Part shown: in pieces, positions 26,975 through 36,033 of the stretch
Numbering within the stretch: the stretch's first letter is position 1
How the letters are laid out: the number at the start of each line of letters is the position of its first letter
IMG/VR virus record: IMGVR_UViG_3300025600_000330
Span: 1-57,246 of that record
DNA: 57,246 nt
Reading direction: 5' to 3' (one strand)
From: a virus
Lineage: Duplodnaviria; Caudoviricetes
Notes under the pieces: model-generated
Databases searched by the model: none
The model's input: only the letters and a program-made list of their open reading frames with translations
Told to the model about the DNA's origin: nothing
Made by a program: the position numbers and the translations under genes

Positions 26975-27172
26975 AGTTCCCGGCAACGGGCTTGTACCCC
27001 TATGCGGAGCGTCAAGCTCCGTAACGCTATGGGAATGGGTGATAGCGGGTAGAAAGAATGCGTACCCCGTGAGGTGGGCAGTAAGGATCGGGTATAGTCC
27101 TGATCGCGAGAATGCCCCTGACTTCCGGGAAAGACGGATGACCAGCCGGGAAAGTAGCGGCACTAAATTAAC
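26975..27172 (+). ncRNA. candidate structured RNA (family unknown)
   Basis: About 7 consecutive hairpins in a 200-nt intergenic gap. Confidence 0.45.
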
Positions 27173-27183
27173 TGGAGGGAAAT

Positions 27184-27534
27184 ATGACCCGTTTCAAAAG
27201 GTTCCATCGTCTGTTTAAAGAGGTGTGCTGCGCGGCCAACAAGCTATCGGTATACACCCAGTACATCCTCGCCATCATCGCCACCATCGTGATGCTCTAT
27301 AACGAGACCGTCTACCACGTCCGCTCTCCCTACACCTTCATCGCCGTTATCATCTGGACGCTCGCGGGTGAGGTCATCCGCTGCCGCAGGAAGCTGGGCT
27401 GGTACAGGGAGTTGGACGAGGATGGCGTATCGCAGGATGCCAGCCAAGCACTCTCCCCCGTTGGTCAGGGTGTGATTTCTGCAGACCGAGCGAGGGAAGC
27501 CGCCAACACGGTAATGCACAGGAGAAACCAGTGA
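27184..27534 (+). CDS. membrane protein (2 TM)
   Basis: GGAGG RBS; two hydrophobic helices. Confidence 0.6.
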   Translation: MTRFKRFHRLFKEVCCAANKLSVYTQYILAIIATIVMLYNETVYHVRSPYTFIAVIIWTLAGEVIRCRRKLGWYRELDEDGVSQDASQALSPVGQGVISADRAREAANTVMHRRNQ

Positions 27535-27902
27535 AGGTCTCCCTGAATAACGGGGGGCTGGCTGACGGTCGATTCACTGATGCTGGTGGTCAGGTCTGGT
27601 CCGTCACCCGTCTCATCGAACACAGCAAGGGGCTTGTACCTTTCGATATGCCGCTGGCAGGCATCTGTATCAGTGAGCCGGTGTTCCGTGAATCCAAGAC
27701 TGCCAGATCCATCGCAGAGCATGTCAAGCGGGTCAACGAGACCGACCTCCAGTACCCGATCCTGCTGGATCCTGACGGGTTCATCATGGACGGGTGGCAC
27801 AGGGTAGTCAAGGCGCTGGTCGAGGGGCATGAAACTATCAAGGCGGTGCGCTTCCTGAAGCTCCCCTTCTGCGATTTCACTGAACCCAGCACATCGAGGT
27901 AG
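27531..27902 (+). CDS. ParB/Srx-fold protein
   Basis: DLQYPILLDPDGFIMDGWHRVVKAL. Confidence 0.7.
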   Translation: MKVSLNNGGLADGRFTDAGGQVWSVTRLIEHSKGLVPFDMPLAGICISEPVFRESKTARSIAEHVKRVNETDLQYPILLDPDGFIMDGWHRVVKALVEGHETIKAVRFLKLPFCDFTEPSTSR

Positions 27903-27904
27903 TA

Positions 27905-28237
27905 ATGAACGCATCACAGAACTACTTGAACGAGTTCACCGACGCAGTAGGCCAGCGCCTCCAGACGATGCTGAAGGATGTCAGCCTCGACCTCATAGAT
28001 ATCGGCCTGCGCTCTGCAGCTGCCGCAGTAATCACCCCCGGCGTGGACGTTATGCGGCTGCACGTCTGGGCTATCCGACCGGAGACCCGTGAAGGGAGGG
28101 AGTTCTCGATCAGGTTCGGCGCTGACGTGCAGTCGGTGGTCGATTCCTCCATCATCGCCCCCCTCTGCGACAGCATCGTCAAGACGTGCGTGGAGTACTT
28201 CTACCCGGATAGCAAGAAACCCATTGCGTCCGCGTAG
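27905..28237 (+). CDS. hypothetical protein
   Basis: GAGG RBS. Confidence 0.55.
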   Translation: MNASQNYLNEFTDAVGQRLQTMLKDVSLDLIDIGLRSAAAAVITPGVDVMRLHVWAIRPETREGREFSIRFGADVQSVVDSSIIAPLCDSIVKTCVEYFYPDSKKPIASA

Positions 28238-28279
28238 TCAATCCAGTAGAATGAGCAATCATTTTGGTAGGAGGAACCA

Positions 28280-29848
28280 TTGGCAAACGAACTCACGGTT
28301 GAGCAGGCTGAAGAACTGAGGGTGAACCTGCTCAATCGTGAGTGGCGTCTCTCAAACTTGTACTACATTAAGGATAAACACGGCAAGAAGGTCAAATTCC
28401 AGATGAAACCTGTCCAGAGATACCTTCTTGACAATTTCTGGTACTTCGATCTGGTTCTTAAGTCCCGGCAGCATGGAATAACTACTTTCATGTGTATCGT
28501 TTTCCTTGACGAGTGCCTTTTTACTCCTCATCTCAAGGCTGGTATCGTTGCTCAGACCGAAGACGATGCAAAAGAGATTTTTGCCACGAAGATCAAGTTC
28601 GCTTACGAGGAGCTCGACCCTCTCATCAAGGCGAAACTCGCCAGCGCCGTTAACAGGAAGGATAAGCTGGAGTTCAGCAACGGATCCAGTCTGTTCTGCG
28701 ACTGTTCCCTCCGTGGTGGCACTGTCCAGCGCCTTCATATATCAGAATTTGGCCCAATGTGCGCCAATGCCCCGGATCGGGCAGCAGAAGTCATCGCTGG
28801 TGCCTTAAATACGGTCCATCCGGGCAATATCATCTCTATTGAGTCCACGGGAGAGGGTGAGGACGGAGAATTCCACCGTTTGTGGCAAATCGCCTCAAAT
28901 GATGCCCTTGCAGGCAAGAAATTGGGCAAATTGGAGTTCAAATACTTCTTTTTCGGCTGGTATTGCGACTCAGACAACGTACTTCCTGCCGGTTCAATGA
29001 TCATTACGGCTGAAATGCAGGACTATTTCGACAAGATTCAGCCCGAAGTCAAGCGGCTTTCCGACTTGGGAATCATCATGCCGATGCCCGACGGGTTGCT
29101 AACTGACTCTCAAAAGGCGTGGTACATCGCCAAATCGATCCAGCAGGGCGATAAAATGCATTCCCAGCACCCAAGTATACCTGAAGAGTCTTTTCGCTCT
29201 ACAGCCGAAGGTGCGTACTACAGGAAGCAGTTCGCGTTTCTGTACGAAAACAAGCGAATCTGCCGCGTTCCCTATGTGCCGGGAGTCCCAGTCAACACCG
29301 CATGGGACTTGGGCGCTGACGACTACACTGCCGTCACCTTCCACCAGAAGATCGGGCCAGAACACCGCATCTGCGGATACTACGAGAACTACAGCGAGGA
29401 CTTGACCCACTACGTCCGGTACATGCAGGACAAGGGCTGGGTCTGGGGGACGCACTACCTCCCCCATGACGCCGCAGCAAAGCGCCTGAGTCTGGACAAC
29501 TCGTCTATCGAGGATCAACTGCAGACCTTGGGCCTGCGGAACACTGAGGTGGTCCCGAAGACTGCCGACGTGACAGCCTCGATCCAGACCACCCGCGACT
29601 TCCTCATTACCTGCTGGATCGATGAGGTCAACTGCTCGGTGGCGATCTCGCACTGGCAGGCGTACCGCAAGAAGAAGGACAAGCAGGGGCGCTGGCTGAA
29701 GACGCCCCTGCATGATGAGCATTCGGATGGTTCAGACTCACTACGAACCCTCGCCTGCGGACTGACCTCTGGGTCGGGTGCTGGCAAGGGTGGGAAGTTC
29801 CTCAAGGCACGCAAGAAGCCGAATTTGCGTGCATTCAGATCATCTTAA
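28280..29848 (+). CDS. terL: terminase large subunit
   Basis: LKSRQHGITT, LHISEFG, IESTGEG, TAWDLG, YLPHD, HSDGSDSLR. Confidence 0.93.
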   Translation: MANELTVEQAEELRVNLLNREWRLSNLYYIKDKHGKKVKFQMKPVQRYLLDNFWYFDLVLKSRQHGITTFMCIVFLDECLFTPHLKAGIVAQTEDDAKEIFATKIKFAYEELDPLIKAKLASAVNRKDKLEFSNGSSLFCDCSLRGGTVQRLHISEFGPMCANAPDRAAEVIAGALNTVHPGNIISIESTGEGEDGEFHRLWQIASNDALAGKKLGKLEFKYFFFGWYCDSDNVLPAGSMIITAEMQDYFDKIQPEVKRLSDLGIIMPMPDGLLTDSQKAWYIAKSIQQGDKMHSQHPSIPEESFRSTAEGAYYRKQFAFLYENKRICRVPYVPGVPVNTAWDLGADDYTAVTFHQKIGPEHRICGYYENYSEDLTHYVRYMQDKGWVWGTHYLPHDAAAKRLSLDNSSIEDQLQTLGLRNTEVVPKTADVTASIQTTRDFLITCWIDEVNCSVAISHWQAYRKKKDKQGRWLKTPLHDEHSDGSDSLRTLACGLTSGSGAGKGGKFLKARKKPNLRAFRSS

Positions 29849-29857
29849 AGGAGACGT

Positions 29858-30115
29858 ATGAACTTCGGAGAAGCACTGAGGCTGCTCAAGCTGGGCAAGA
29901 AAATGGCGCGATCTGGTTGGAACGGTCGGGGGATGTTTATCTATCTCGTCCCGGCTAACGCCTACCCCGCATCGACTCCCATCGCAAAGAGCCATTTCGG
30001 GGGCGAGTTGGTGCCTTGTAATGCATATCTGGCGATCAAGAACGTCGATGAGACGGTCAGCACTTGGGTTCCCAGCATCAACGATGTCCTGTCCGAAGAT
30101 TGGGTCATGGCGTGA
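29858..30115 (+). CDS. DUF2829 / Tad2-like immune-signal sponge protein
   Basis: MNFGEAL..LK.GKKMARSGWNGRGMFI...WVPSINDVLSEDW. Confidence 0.85.
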   Translation: MNFGEALRLLKLGKKMARSGWNGRGMFIYLVPANAYPASTPIAKSHFGGELVPCNAYLAIKNVDETVSTWVPSINDVLSEDWVMA

Positions 30116-30408
30116 CCCGCGAGATCATGGTCCACGCGATCCACACCGCAGACAAGCGGGACTTGCTGCGGAAACACACCCCCTCGCTGGAGCATATCCG
30201 CACCCAACTCGCACGGTCAGTATCGGAGCGGGTGATGCTGCACCCGGATGTCTTTACCGAGTCAGACTGGAGTGCGGACGGGAAGAAAACCTACTGCGCT
30301 ACATGCATCGTTCTCACCCCTCGCGGATTTGACGATCTGGTAGAAAAGATCAGCCGCGACATCGAGCGCGGGATCAGACCAATGTACGGCGGCGTATACA
30401 CACCGTAA
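30112..30408 (+). CDS. hypothetical protein
   Basis: GTGA overlap. Confidence 0.5.
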   Translation: MTREIMVHAIHTADKRDLLRKHTPSLEHIRTQLARSVSERVMLHPDVFTESDWSADGKKTYCATCIVLTPRGFDDLVEKISRDIERGIRPMYGGVYTP

Positions 30409-30421
30409 AAAGGAGAAGAAA

Positions 30422-30877
30422 TTGGCAAGTTTAAATAAGGTCATGATCATAGGAAATCTGGGCAAAGACCCGGAGGTTCGCTACACTGCTGGCGGGGTCG
30501 CGGTCGCATCGTTCTCTGTCGCTACGTCCGAGAAGTTCAAGGCCAAGTCGGGCGAGTGGGAAGAGAAGACCGAATGGCACAACGTGACCCTCTGGGCGCG
30601 GCTGGCCGAGATCGCCGGGGAGTACCTGTCGAAGGGCAAGACCGTCTACATCGAAGGTCGTCTCCAGACCCGGAAGTGGACCGACAAGGAAGGCAAGGAC
30701 CGCTACACGACCGAGATCGTTGGCGAGAAGATGCAAATGCTTTCCGGTAAGGGCGAGGGTGCTGGTGGCGGCAGACCGGAGCAGCGTGAGCGCAGTCAGG
30801 CCGCGCAGGGCAGCAGTCAGCAGGGTAACAGCTACGAGGAACCCGTATTCAACCCGGACGATGAAATTCCCTTCTGA
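30422..30877 (+). CDS. ssb: single-stranded DNA-binding protein
   Basis: [18 protein letters not shown]...[10 protein letters not shown]...DDEIPF. Confidence 0.97.
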   Translation: MASLNKVMIIGNLGKDPEVRYTAGGVAVASFSVATSEKFKAKSGEWEEKTEWHNVTLWARLAEIAGEYLSKGKTVYIEGRLQTRKWTDKEGKDRYTTEIVGEKMQMLSGKGEGAGGGRPEQRERSQAAQGSSQQGNSYEEPVFNPDDEIPF

Positions 30878-30900
30878 TTCTAGGTAGTTACGAGGTTTCT

Positions 30901-31053
30901 TTGAAGAAATGCTTTAAGTGTGGAACGACTAAACCTGTGAGCGACTTCTATAAGCACCCCCAGACGGCTGACGGTCGGCTGGGAAAGTGTAAGGAGGCAC
31001 GACAAGGTTGCATACGCCATCGTCGCGCCCGTTTAATCCATCAAGTAGAATGA
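30901..31053 (+). pseudogene. remnant of an HNH-type endonuclease (Zn-finger N-terminus only)
   Basis: [31 protein letters not shown] then an abrupt break; GAGG RBS. Confidence 0.55.
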
Positions 31054-31095
31054 TTGTTCTTGACAAAAGAACGAGAACATGAGATCAATGCCGCT

Positions 31096-31239
31096 ATGCT
31101 CACTCCCGGTTGGAAGAAAACATTGACTGACACCGTCCGCGACCTGAAAGTGGTTTCGCCGGAATTCACTGGCAAGCTGGTGATCAACGTCAACAACGGT
31201 GCGATCTGCGACGTAGAGAGGCAGGAGAAGCTGAAGTAG
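31096..31239 (+). CDS. small DUF2292/YezD-like protein
   Basis: FTGKLVINVNNGAICDVERQEKLK. Confidence 0.55.
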   Translation: MLTPGWKKTLTDTVRDLKVVSPEFTGKLVINVNNGAICDVERQEKLK

Positions 31240-31243
31240 ATAT

Positions 31244-31318
31244 TCCGGGGTAGCTCAGTGGTAGAGCGTTCCCCTGTTAAGGGAATGGTCGTAGGTTCGA
31301 TACCTACCCCCGGAGCCA
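31244..31318 (+). tRNA. tRNA-Asn(GTT)
   Basis: Acceptor TCCGGGG/CCCCGGA, D-arm GCTCAGTGGTAGAGC, anticodon arm TTCCC-CTGTTAA-GGGAA, TTCGA T-loop, encoded CCA. Confidence 0.95.
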
Positions 31319-31367
31319 AAATTAAATATAACACCCCGGTTAAATTCTTCCTCGTAAGAGGTTACTG

Positions 31368-31415
31368 AACCCCGGATTGATAGTTCCTTCACAGGCTATT
31401 GATCCGGGTTTTTTT
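31368..31415 (+). terminator. intrinsic terminator just upstream of the portal gene
   Basis: CCCGGAT(T)GATAG...CTATTGATCCGGG plus T7. Confidence 0.8.
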
Positions 31416-31432
31416 GTTTCAAGGGACGGTCA

Positions 31433-33526
31433 ATGGCGTACACCAGCGGATTAGGCTCGGTCCAGTTCCTGAGTAACGAGGAACTCGACGCACAGGAAGA
31501 TGCGGCCAAGATGGCAGAGCGTGAACTGGTCGTAGTTGCGTCCACGCTTGCCATGTTCGTCCGTGACTTCTTCAGCACCGCCAAGACCGCCAAGCTCACC
31601 ATCGATCAGGAATACCTGCGCCTCACTCGTCAGTCCCTTGGCGAGTACGAGCCTGAGATGCTGGCCGCGCTCAGAGACGCCGGTATGCCCGAAGACTTCA
31701 TTCGCCTCGTCAGCCGCAAAGAGCGCGATGTCGAAGGGTGGTTGTGGGACGTGTTCAACTCGATGGGCGACAGGTCGTGGGATATCACCCCTGACGCTGA
31801 TCCGGTTCTCCCCCCGTCCATTGAGGCGTTCATCAACGGGAAGGTGCAGGACAGTATCATGGATCACCCCGAAGTTCAGGCGATCCTGATGCAGGCCCAG
31901 CAGACAGGGCAGGCACCCGACCGTAGGAAGATCGCATCCATTGCACGGCAGGAAGCCGCCACCCTCTCCGACGAGGCGGTAGCTGACGCCCGTCAGTACG
32001 GCGAGGAGAGATGCACCGCGATGGAGAAGGTCATACAGGACCAGCTTGATGCTGGTGGCTACTACGACGCCCTCAAGGCGTGCATCAATGACCTGTCGCG
32101 CCAGCAGGCTTGCATCATGAAGGGTCCGATCCTCAAGCGCAAGAAGATGCTGGGCGAATGGAAGCAGGTTGGCAACAGGTGGAAACCCGTTGTCGAGTCC
32201 CAGATCATTCCGTGCTTTGAGCGGGTTTCCCCTGCTGATTGGTATCCGGTCGCCAACAGCAACTCCATCCACGACGGGTCCGCTGTCGAGCTTGAGCATT
32301 TCAATGATCCGGCAGACCTCTCCAAGCTGATCGGAGTCCCCGGATACCGGGATGACGTGATCAAGTTGATCCTTGCGACCTATGCCAATGGGCATAAGGA
32401 GTCCACCCCCATCGCCCCGGAGAGGTTCCTGCTGGAGAAGCAGAACACGACCGGCATGTACTCCGACAAGGGTCTCGACTCCCTCAACTTCTGGGGCGAG
32501 ATCTCTGGCAAGTTGCTGAAGGATTGGGGCATTGAAGAGGCGGTAGACGAGGCCGAATTCTACTTCTGCAACGTGAAGATGATCGGCAGCTTCGTGTATC
32601 GGGCGATCATCAACCCGGATCCGCTCGGCAGGAAACCGTACCACGGCACCAGCTTCATCAAGAGCAACGACTCCCAGTGGGGAACCGCTCCGGGGCAACT
32701 CTGCTACGACATTCAGGGCTTTTGCAACAACGTGGTCCGCAACCTGTCCCGCAACATCAGCGAGTCGGCTGGGCCGATGGCAGAGGTTAACGAGGACCGA
32801 CTGGCAGAGGGTGAGTCTCCCGACAGGTGGCCCGGAAAGACGTTTGTCACCACGAACAAGGGGATGCAGTCGGGCGATGTCGTAAAGTACTTTCAGGCGC
32901 AGTTGATGGCGACAGAACTCTGGACTCTGTTCCAGAACGCCAAGCTGGAACTGGACTCCATCGTCATCCCGTCCTTTGGGCAGGGGTCTTCGTTGACGAA
33001 AGGTGGCGGCAGGACTGCTTCAGGTCTGGCGATGATTGCCAACGCCGAGTCCCGCAACCTGAAAGTGTCAGTCTGGAACGTAGACAACGACATTCAGATA
33101 CCGTGCATCGAGCGACTGTTCGTCCACAACATGCTCTACTCGGACGATGACAACATCAAGGGTGCGCTGAAAGTCAAAGCCCGTGGAGTAGCTGCCCAGC
33201 TAGTCAAGGAAAACATGAGCGTCAGGCAGGGCGAGTTCATGACTCGCATCATGAACCCCCTGCTCGCGCCTGTCGTAGGTACCAAGGGTCTGGCCTACCT
33301 CGTCCGCAAGGATGCGGAGAACTTGGGACTCGACCCGAATCAGGTCGTCCCCAACTACGCCCAGATAGAGTCGTCAGCCCCGGCGTCAGCACCCCCGAAT
33401 CCCGTCGCGCAACAGGACGCTGCACAGGCTGGCGGGGCGCAGGCAGCGCAACTACCGGGACCGGCAGAGACTGACGTTGCAGGCACGCCCATGGCGCAGA
33501 ATAACGGTGACCGCACCGCAGGGTAG
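31433..33526 (+). CDS. portal protein
   Basis: 697 aa, first gene of the head operon; NPDPLGRKPY and RTASGLAM motifs of podovirus-like portals. Confidence 0.85.
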   Translation: MAYTSGLGSVQFLSNEELDAQEDAAKMAERELVVVASTLAMFVRDFFSTAKTAKLTIDQEYLRLTRQSLGEYEPEMLAALRDAGMPEDFIRLVSRKERDVEGWLWDVFNSMGDRSWDITPDADPVLPPSIEAFINGKVQDSIMDHPEVQAILMQAQQTGQAPDRRKIASIARQEAATLSDEAVADARQYGEERCTAMEKVIQDQLDAGGYYDALKACINDLSRQQACIMKGPILKRKKMLGEWKQVGNRWKPVVESQIIPCFERVSPADWYPVANSNSIHDGSAVELEHFNDPADLSKLIGVPGYRDDVIKLILATYANGHKESTPIAPERFLLEKQNTTGMYSDKGLDSLNFWGEISGKLLKDWGIEEAVDEAEFYFCNVKMIGSFVYRAIINPDPLGRKPYHGTSFIKSNDSQWGTAPGQLCYDIQGFCNNVVRNLSRNISESAGPMAEVNEDRLAEGESPDRWPGKTFVTTNKGMQSGDVVKYFQAQLMATELWTLFQNAKLELDSIVIPSFGQGSSLTKGGGRTASGLAMIANAESRNLKVSVWNVDNDIQIPCIERLFVHNMLYSDDDNIKGALKVKARGVAAQLVKENMSVRQGEFMTRIMNPLLAPVVGTKGLAYLVRKDAENLGLDPNQVVPNYAQIESSAPASAPPNPVAQQDAAQAGGAQAAQLPGPAETDVAGTPMAQNNGDRTAG

Positions 33527-33537
33527 AAGGGACGCTT

Positions 33538-33804
33538 ATGCAGAGAGTCGATGAGAAATTGGCGAACGCGCTGATCAGGCTGGGGAACGACCCGGACTTC
33601 GTCCATGTCCACCAGTGGCTGACAGGTAACTACCGCTGCCAGTTGGTGGAGAACGTCGATCTGACGGGCGAAGCTGGAGTGAGAGGGCAGGGCGCGGCCA
33701 AGGTGCTGCAGGAGATTACAGACATTTTCGACAACCCCCGCGAGTTGGCTGAGAAGTTGAAGCAGGGAGCCGCGAGGGCAGCAAGTAAGAAGGTAGGCAG
33801 GTAG
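33538..33804 (+). CDS. small head-operon protein
   Basis: RGQGAAKVL motif between portal and scaffold. Confidence 0.65.
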   Translation: MQRVDEKLANALIRLGNDPDFVHVHQWLTGNYRCQLVENVDLTGEAGVRGQGAAKVLQEITDIFDNPRELAEKLKQGAARAASKKVGR

Positions 33805-33853
33805 GCAGTAACAGGGACACCGGAGACGGACCCTATCCCAGCAGGCGGCGACC

Positions 33854-34885
33854 GTGAAGACGAGCCAGAGGAGCAGCATGAACGCACGAATGAGATTGAT
33901 GAGAGAAAGGGCAGATGAGTCGGCTCAGTTACTGGCAGATGCGTTTGTAGATCCCGCAACCAAGCCCGAAGTGGCTGGTCTCCCGGCGGCTGCAGTCGTG
34001 CCTGAACAGGTAGCTGACGTGATCCCCGTCCCCGCAGCAGCACCGATTGCTGACCCCGCAGTCGCGGGTCTGCAGGCTGAAATCGCACGACTGAACGCCC
34101 GTCTCAACGACGAGAATAACCCTACCGACAGAGCGAGATACTCGTCTCTGCAGGGGATGTTCAACGTGATGAGAACCGAGATGGACGCTCTGAAGGCGGC
34201 AGCACTGGTCCCGGCAGCGGCGATTATCCCCGACACCACCGAGTACGACACTCTGGTGAAGGAGCAGGGCGAAACCACTGCGAATCTCCTCAGACCGTAT
34301 CTGGTGAAGATCGCAGAAATGGAAGCGACCCTCGCTGGCGTCACCGGAGAAATGAAGACCACCAAGGAGCAGACGGGCAGGGTGGCACAGGTGCAGGCCC
34401 AGACCGCCGACGAGCAGTTCTTTACCGCTCTGGAGACGGCGTCCCCCGGCTGGAAAAAGACCAACGGGTGGGCAGCGGAAGGGGTCGTACAGGATCCGCG
34501 CTTCGATGCCTTCATCAGGTCGAACATCCCCGGCACGCTGATACCCTACCAGACCGCCATGAACGAGGCATACGGCAAGCGCAACGCTGCCAGTGTGGCT
34601 GACATCTTCACGACCTTCCAGAAGTCTCTGGGGGTCATCCCTGCGGTCCCGGCAGTCCCGGCGGCGAAGACGGCGCAGGAGGAACTCGCCAGATTAGTTG
34701 AAGCGGACAAGGTCGGGAAGGGTGCAGCAGTCCCGGCGGCTGGTGCCACTGAGATCATCCCTCACGCCGAGTACGACGCATTCGTCAACAGCATCAAGCG
34801 CGGAACATTTACGGGGACTCGCGATGAGCGTACAGCCCTGCAGAATCGATTCGATACAGCATTGAGCGAGAACCGGATCAGGTAA
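33854..34885 (+). CDS. capsid scaffolding protein
   Basis: RYSSLQGMFN, helical, C-terminal ALSENRIR; immediately before the capsid gene. Confidence 0.7.
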   Translation: MKTSQRSSMNARMRLMRERADESAQLLADAFVDPATKPEVAGLPAAAVVPEQVADVIPVPAAAPIADPAVAGLQAEIARLNARLNDENNPTDRARYSSLQGMFNVMRTEMDALKAAALVPAAAIIPDTTEYDTLVKEQGETTANLLRPYLVKIAEMEATLAGVTGEMKTTKEQTGRVAQVQAQTADEQFFTALETASPGWKKTNGWAAEGVVQDPRFDAFIRSNIPGTLIPYQTAMNEAYGKRNAASVADIFTTFQKSLGVIPAVPAVPAAKTAQEELARLVEADKVGKGAAVPAAGATEIIPHAEYDAFVNSIKRGTFTGTRDERTALQNRFDTALSENRIR

Positions 34886-34942
34886 TTGATCACCAACTAG
34901 CAAGTCCGTTGCGGGAGAACACCCGCCACAAAGGATGCCAAG

Positions 34943-35980
34943 ATGAAAACTTTCTGCCACAAACTACTCATGCTCCTGACGGTGATCGTACAGGCACCTA
35001 TCCTCGCCATGATGGGGATCGTCCCCGGCGCTCCGGGTGCCATCGACTACAGTCAGGCGGGTCTGGACAAGCGCATTCCGTGGGCTTTCTCCAACAAGAC
35101 CATCCTGAAGTTCTACGATGCCTGCGTGGTTGCCAGCATCACCAACACCGACTATCAGGGCGAAATCTCTGGTCTGGGTTCCAAGGTCATCATCAACACG
35201 ACCCCGGACACCAAAATCAGTAAGTACTACAAGGGCAAGCTGATCAACTGGCAGGATCTGTCCAGCCCTTCCGTGGAGCTTGAGATCAACCGCGCCATCG
35301 ACTTCGCGTTCAAGATGGACAAGGTGGACCTGAAGCAGTTTCAGGACAAAGCGTTCCTCGACAAGCAGGCTGCAGACGCCGCCAAACAGCAGAAGATCTA
35401 CATTGACGGCGAGTTCCTCGGTTCCGTGTTCGTGGACGCCGCCGCAGCCAACAAGGGTGCCTCTGCTGGCAAGAAGACCGGCATCACCGCCACCGGCAGC
35501 GCGAACAGCGGCTACAACCTCGGCGCAACCGGCGCCCCCGTCGCGGTTACCAAGACCAACATCATCGACAAGGTGCTTGAACTCTCCGGTATCGGTGAAG
35601 AGCAGTCGTGGGACGAGGACGGTCGCTGGCTGGTCATGCCGAGCCACTTCACGGTCATGCTGCAGCAGTCCGACCTGAAGGATACCTCGATGACCGGCAG
35701 CGAGTCCACCCTCCCCAACGGGCGTCTGGGCAAGCTCGGCAAGTTCACCCTGTACTCCTCCAACCTCCTGACCGGGGTCTCGGATGCAGGCCAGAACTGC
35801 TACAACATCATGTTCGGCCACAAGAGCGCGATCTCCTTCGCCTCCCAGCTTGAAGAAGTCGAGTACTTCGACAAGCTTGAAACCACTTTCGGCAAGGGCA
35901 TGAAAGGTCTGCAGGTATACGACTGGAAATGCACCAAACCGGAGTCCCTCGGCGTCTGGTACGCCTACAAGGCACAGTAA
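34943..35980 (+). CDS. major capsid protein
   Basis: ITNTDYQGEI, GRWLVMP, NGRLGKLGKFTLYSSNLL, GHKSAISFASQ, GLQVYD. Confidence 0.9.
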   Translation: MKTFCHKLLMLLTVIVQAPILAMMGIVPGAPGAIDYSQAGLDKRIPWAFSNKTILKFYDACVVASITNTDYQGEISGLGSKVIINTTPDTKISKYYKGKLINWQDLSSPSVELEINRAIDFAFKMDKVDLKQFQDKAFLDKQAADAAKQQKIYIDGEFLGSVFVDAAAANKGASAGKKTGITATGSANSGYNLGATGAPVAVTKTNIIDKVLELSGIGEEQSWDEDGRWLVMPSHFTVMLQQSDLKDTSMTGSESTLPNGRLGKLGKFTLYSSNLLTGVSDAGQNCYNIMFGHKSAISFASQLEEVEYFDKLETTFGKGMKGLQVYDWKCTKPESLGVWYAYKAQ

Positions 35981-35986
35981 TATAAC

Positions 35987-36008
35987 GGGGGCGGCTACGG
36001 TCGCCCCC
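35987..36008 (+). other. GC-rich hairpin after the capsid gene
   Basis: GGGGGCGGC-TACG-GTCGCCCCC, no U tract. Confidence 0.55.
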
Positions 36009-36033
36009 ATAACCTTCCTCTGGAGGAATTAAC

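Noticed and set aside
27019-27032. CCGTAACGCTATGG matches the island operator at 13/14 in reverse orientation
   Set aside because: Not in a promoter spacer and explained by two adjacent RNA stems; could be chance, though a binding assay would settle it
31244-31318. tRNA-Asn as an attachment site or prophage boundary
   Set aside because: Flanked by phage genes on both sides, 28 kb from int, with no duplicated 3' fragment found
4271-36010. Long antisense ORFs (e.g. 4271-5263, 23692-24816, 31451-32698, 34964-36010)
   Set aside because: Shadow ORFs of GC-rich coding strands, with no RBS or recognisable motifs
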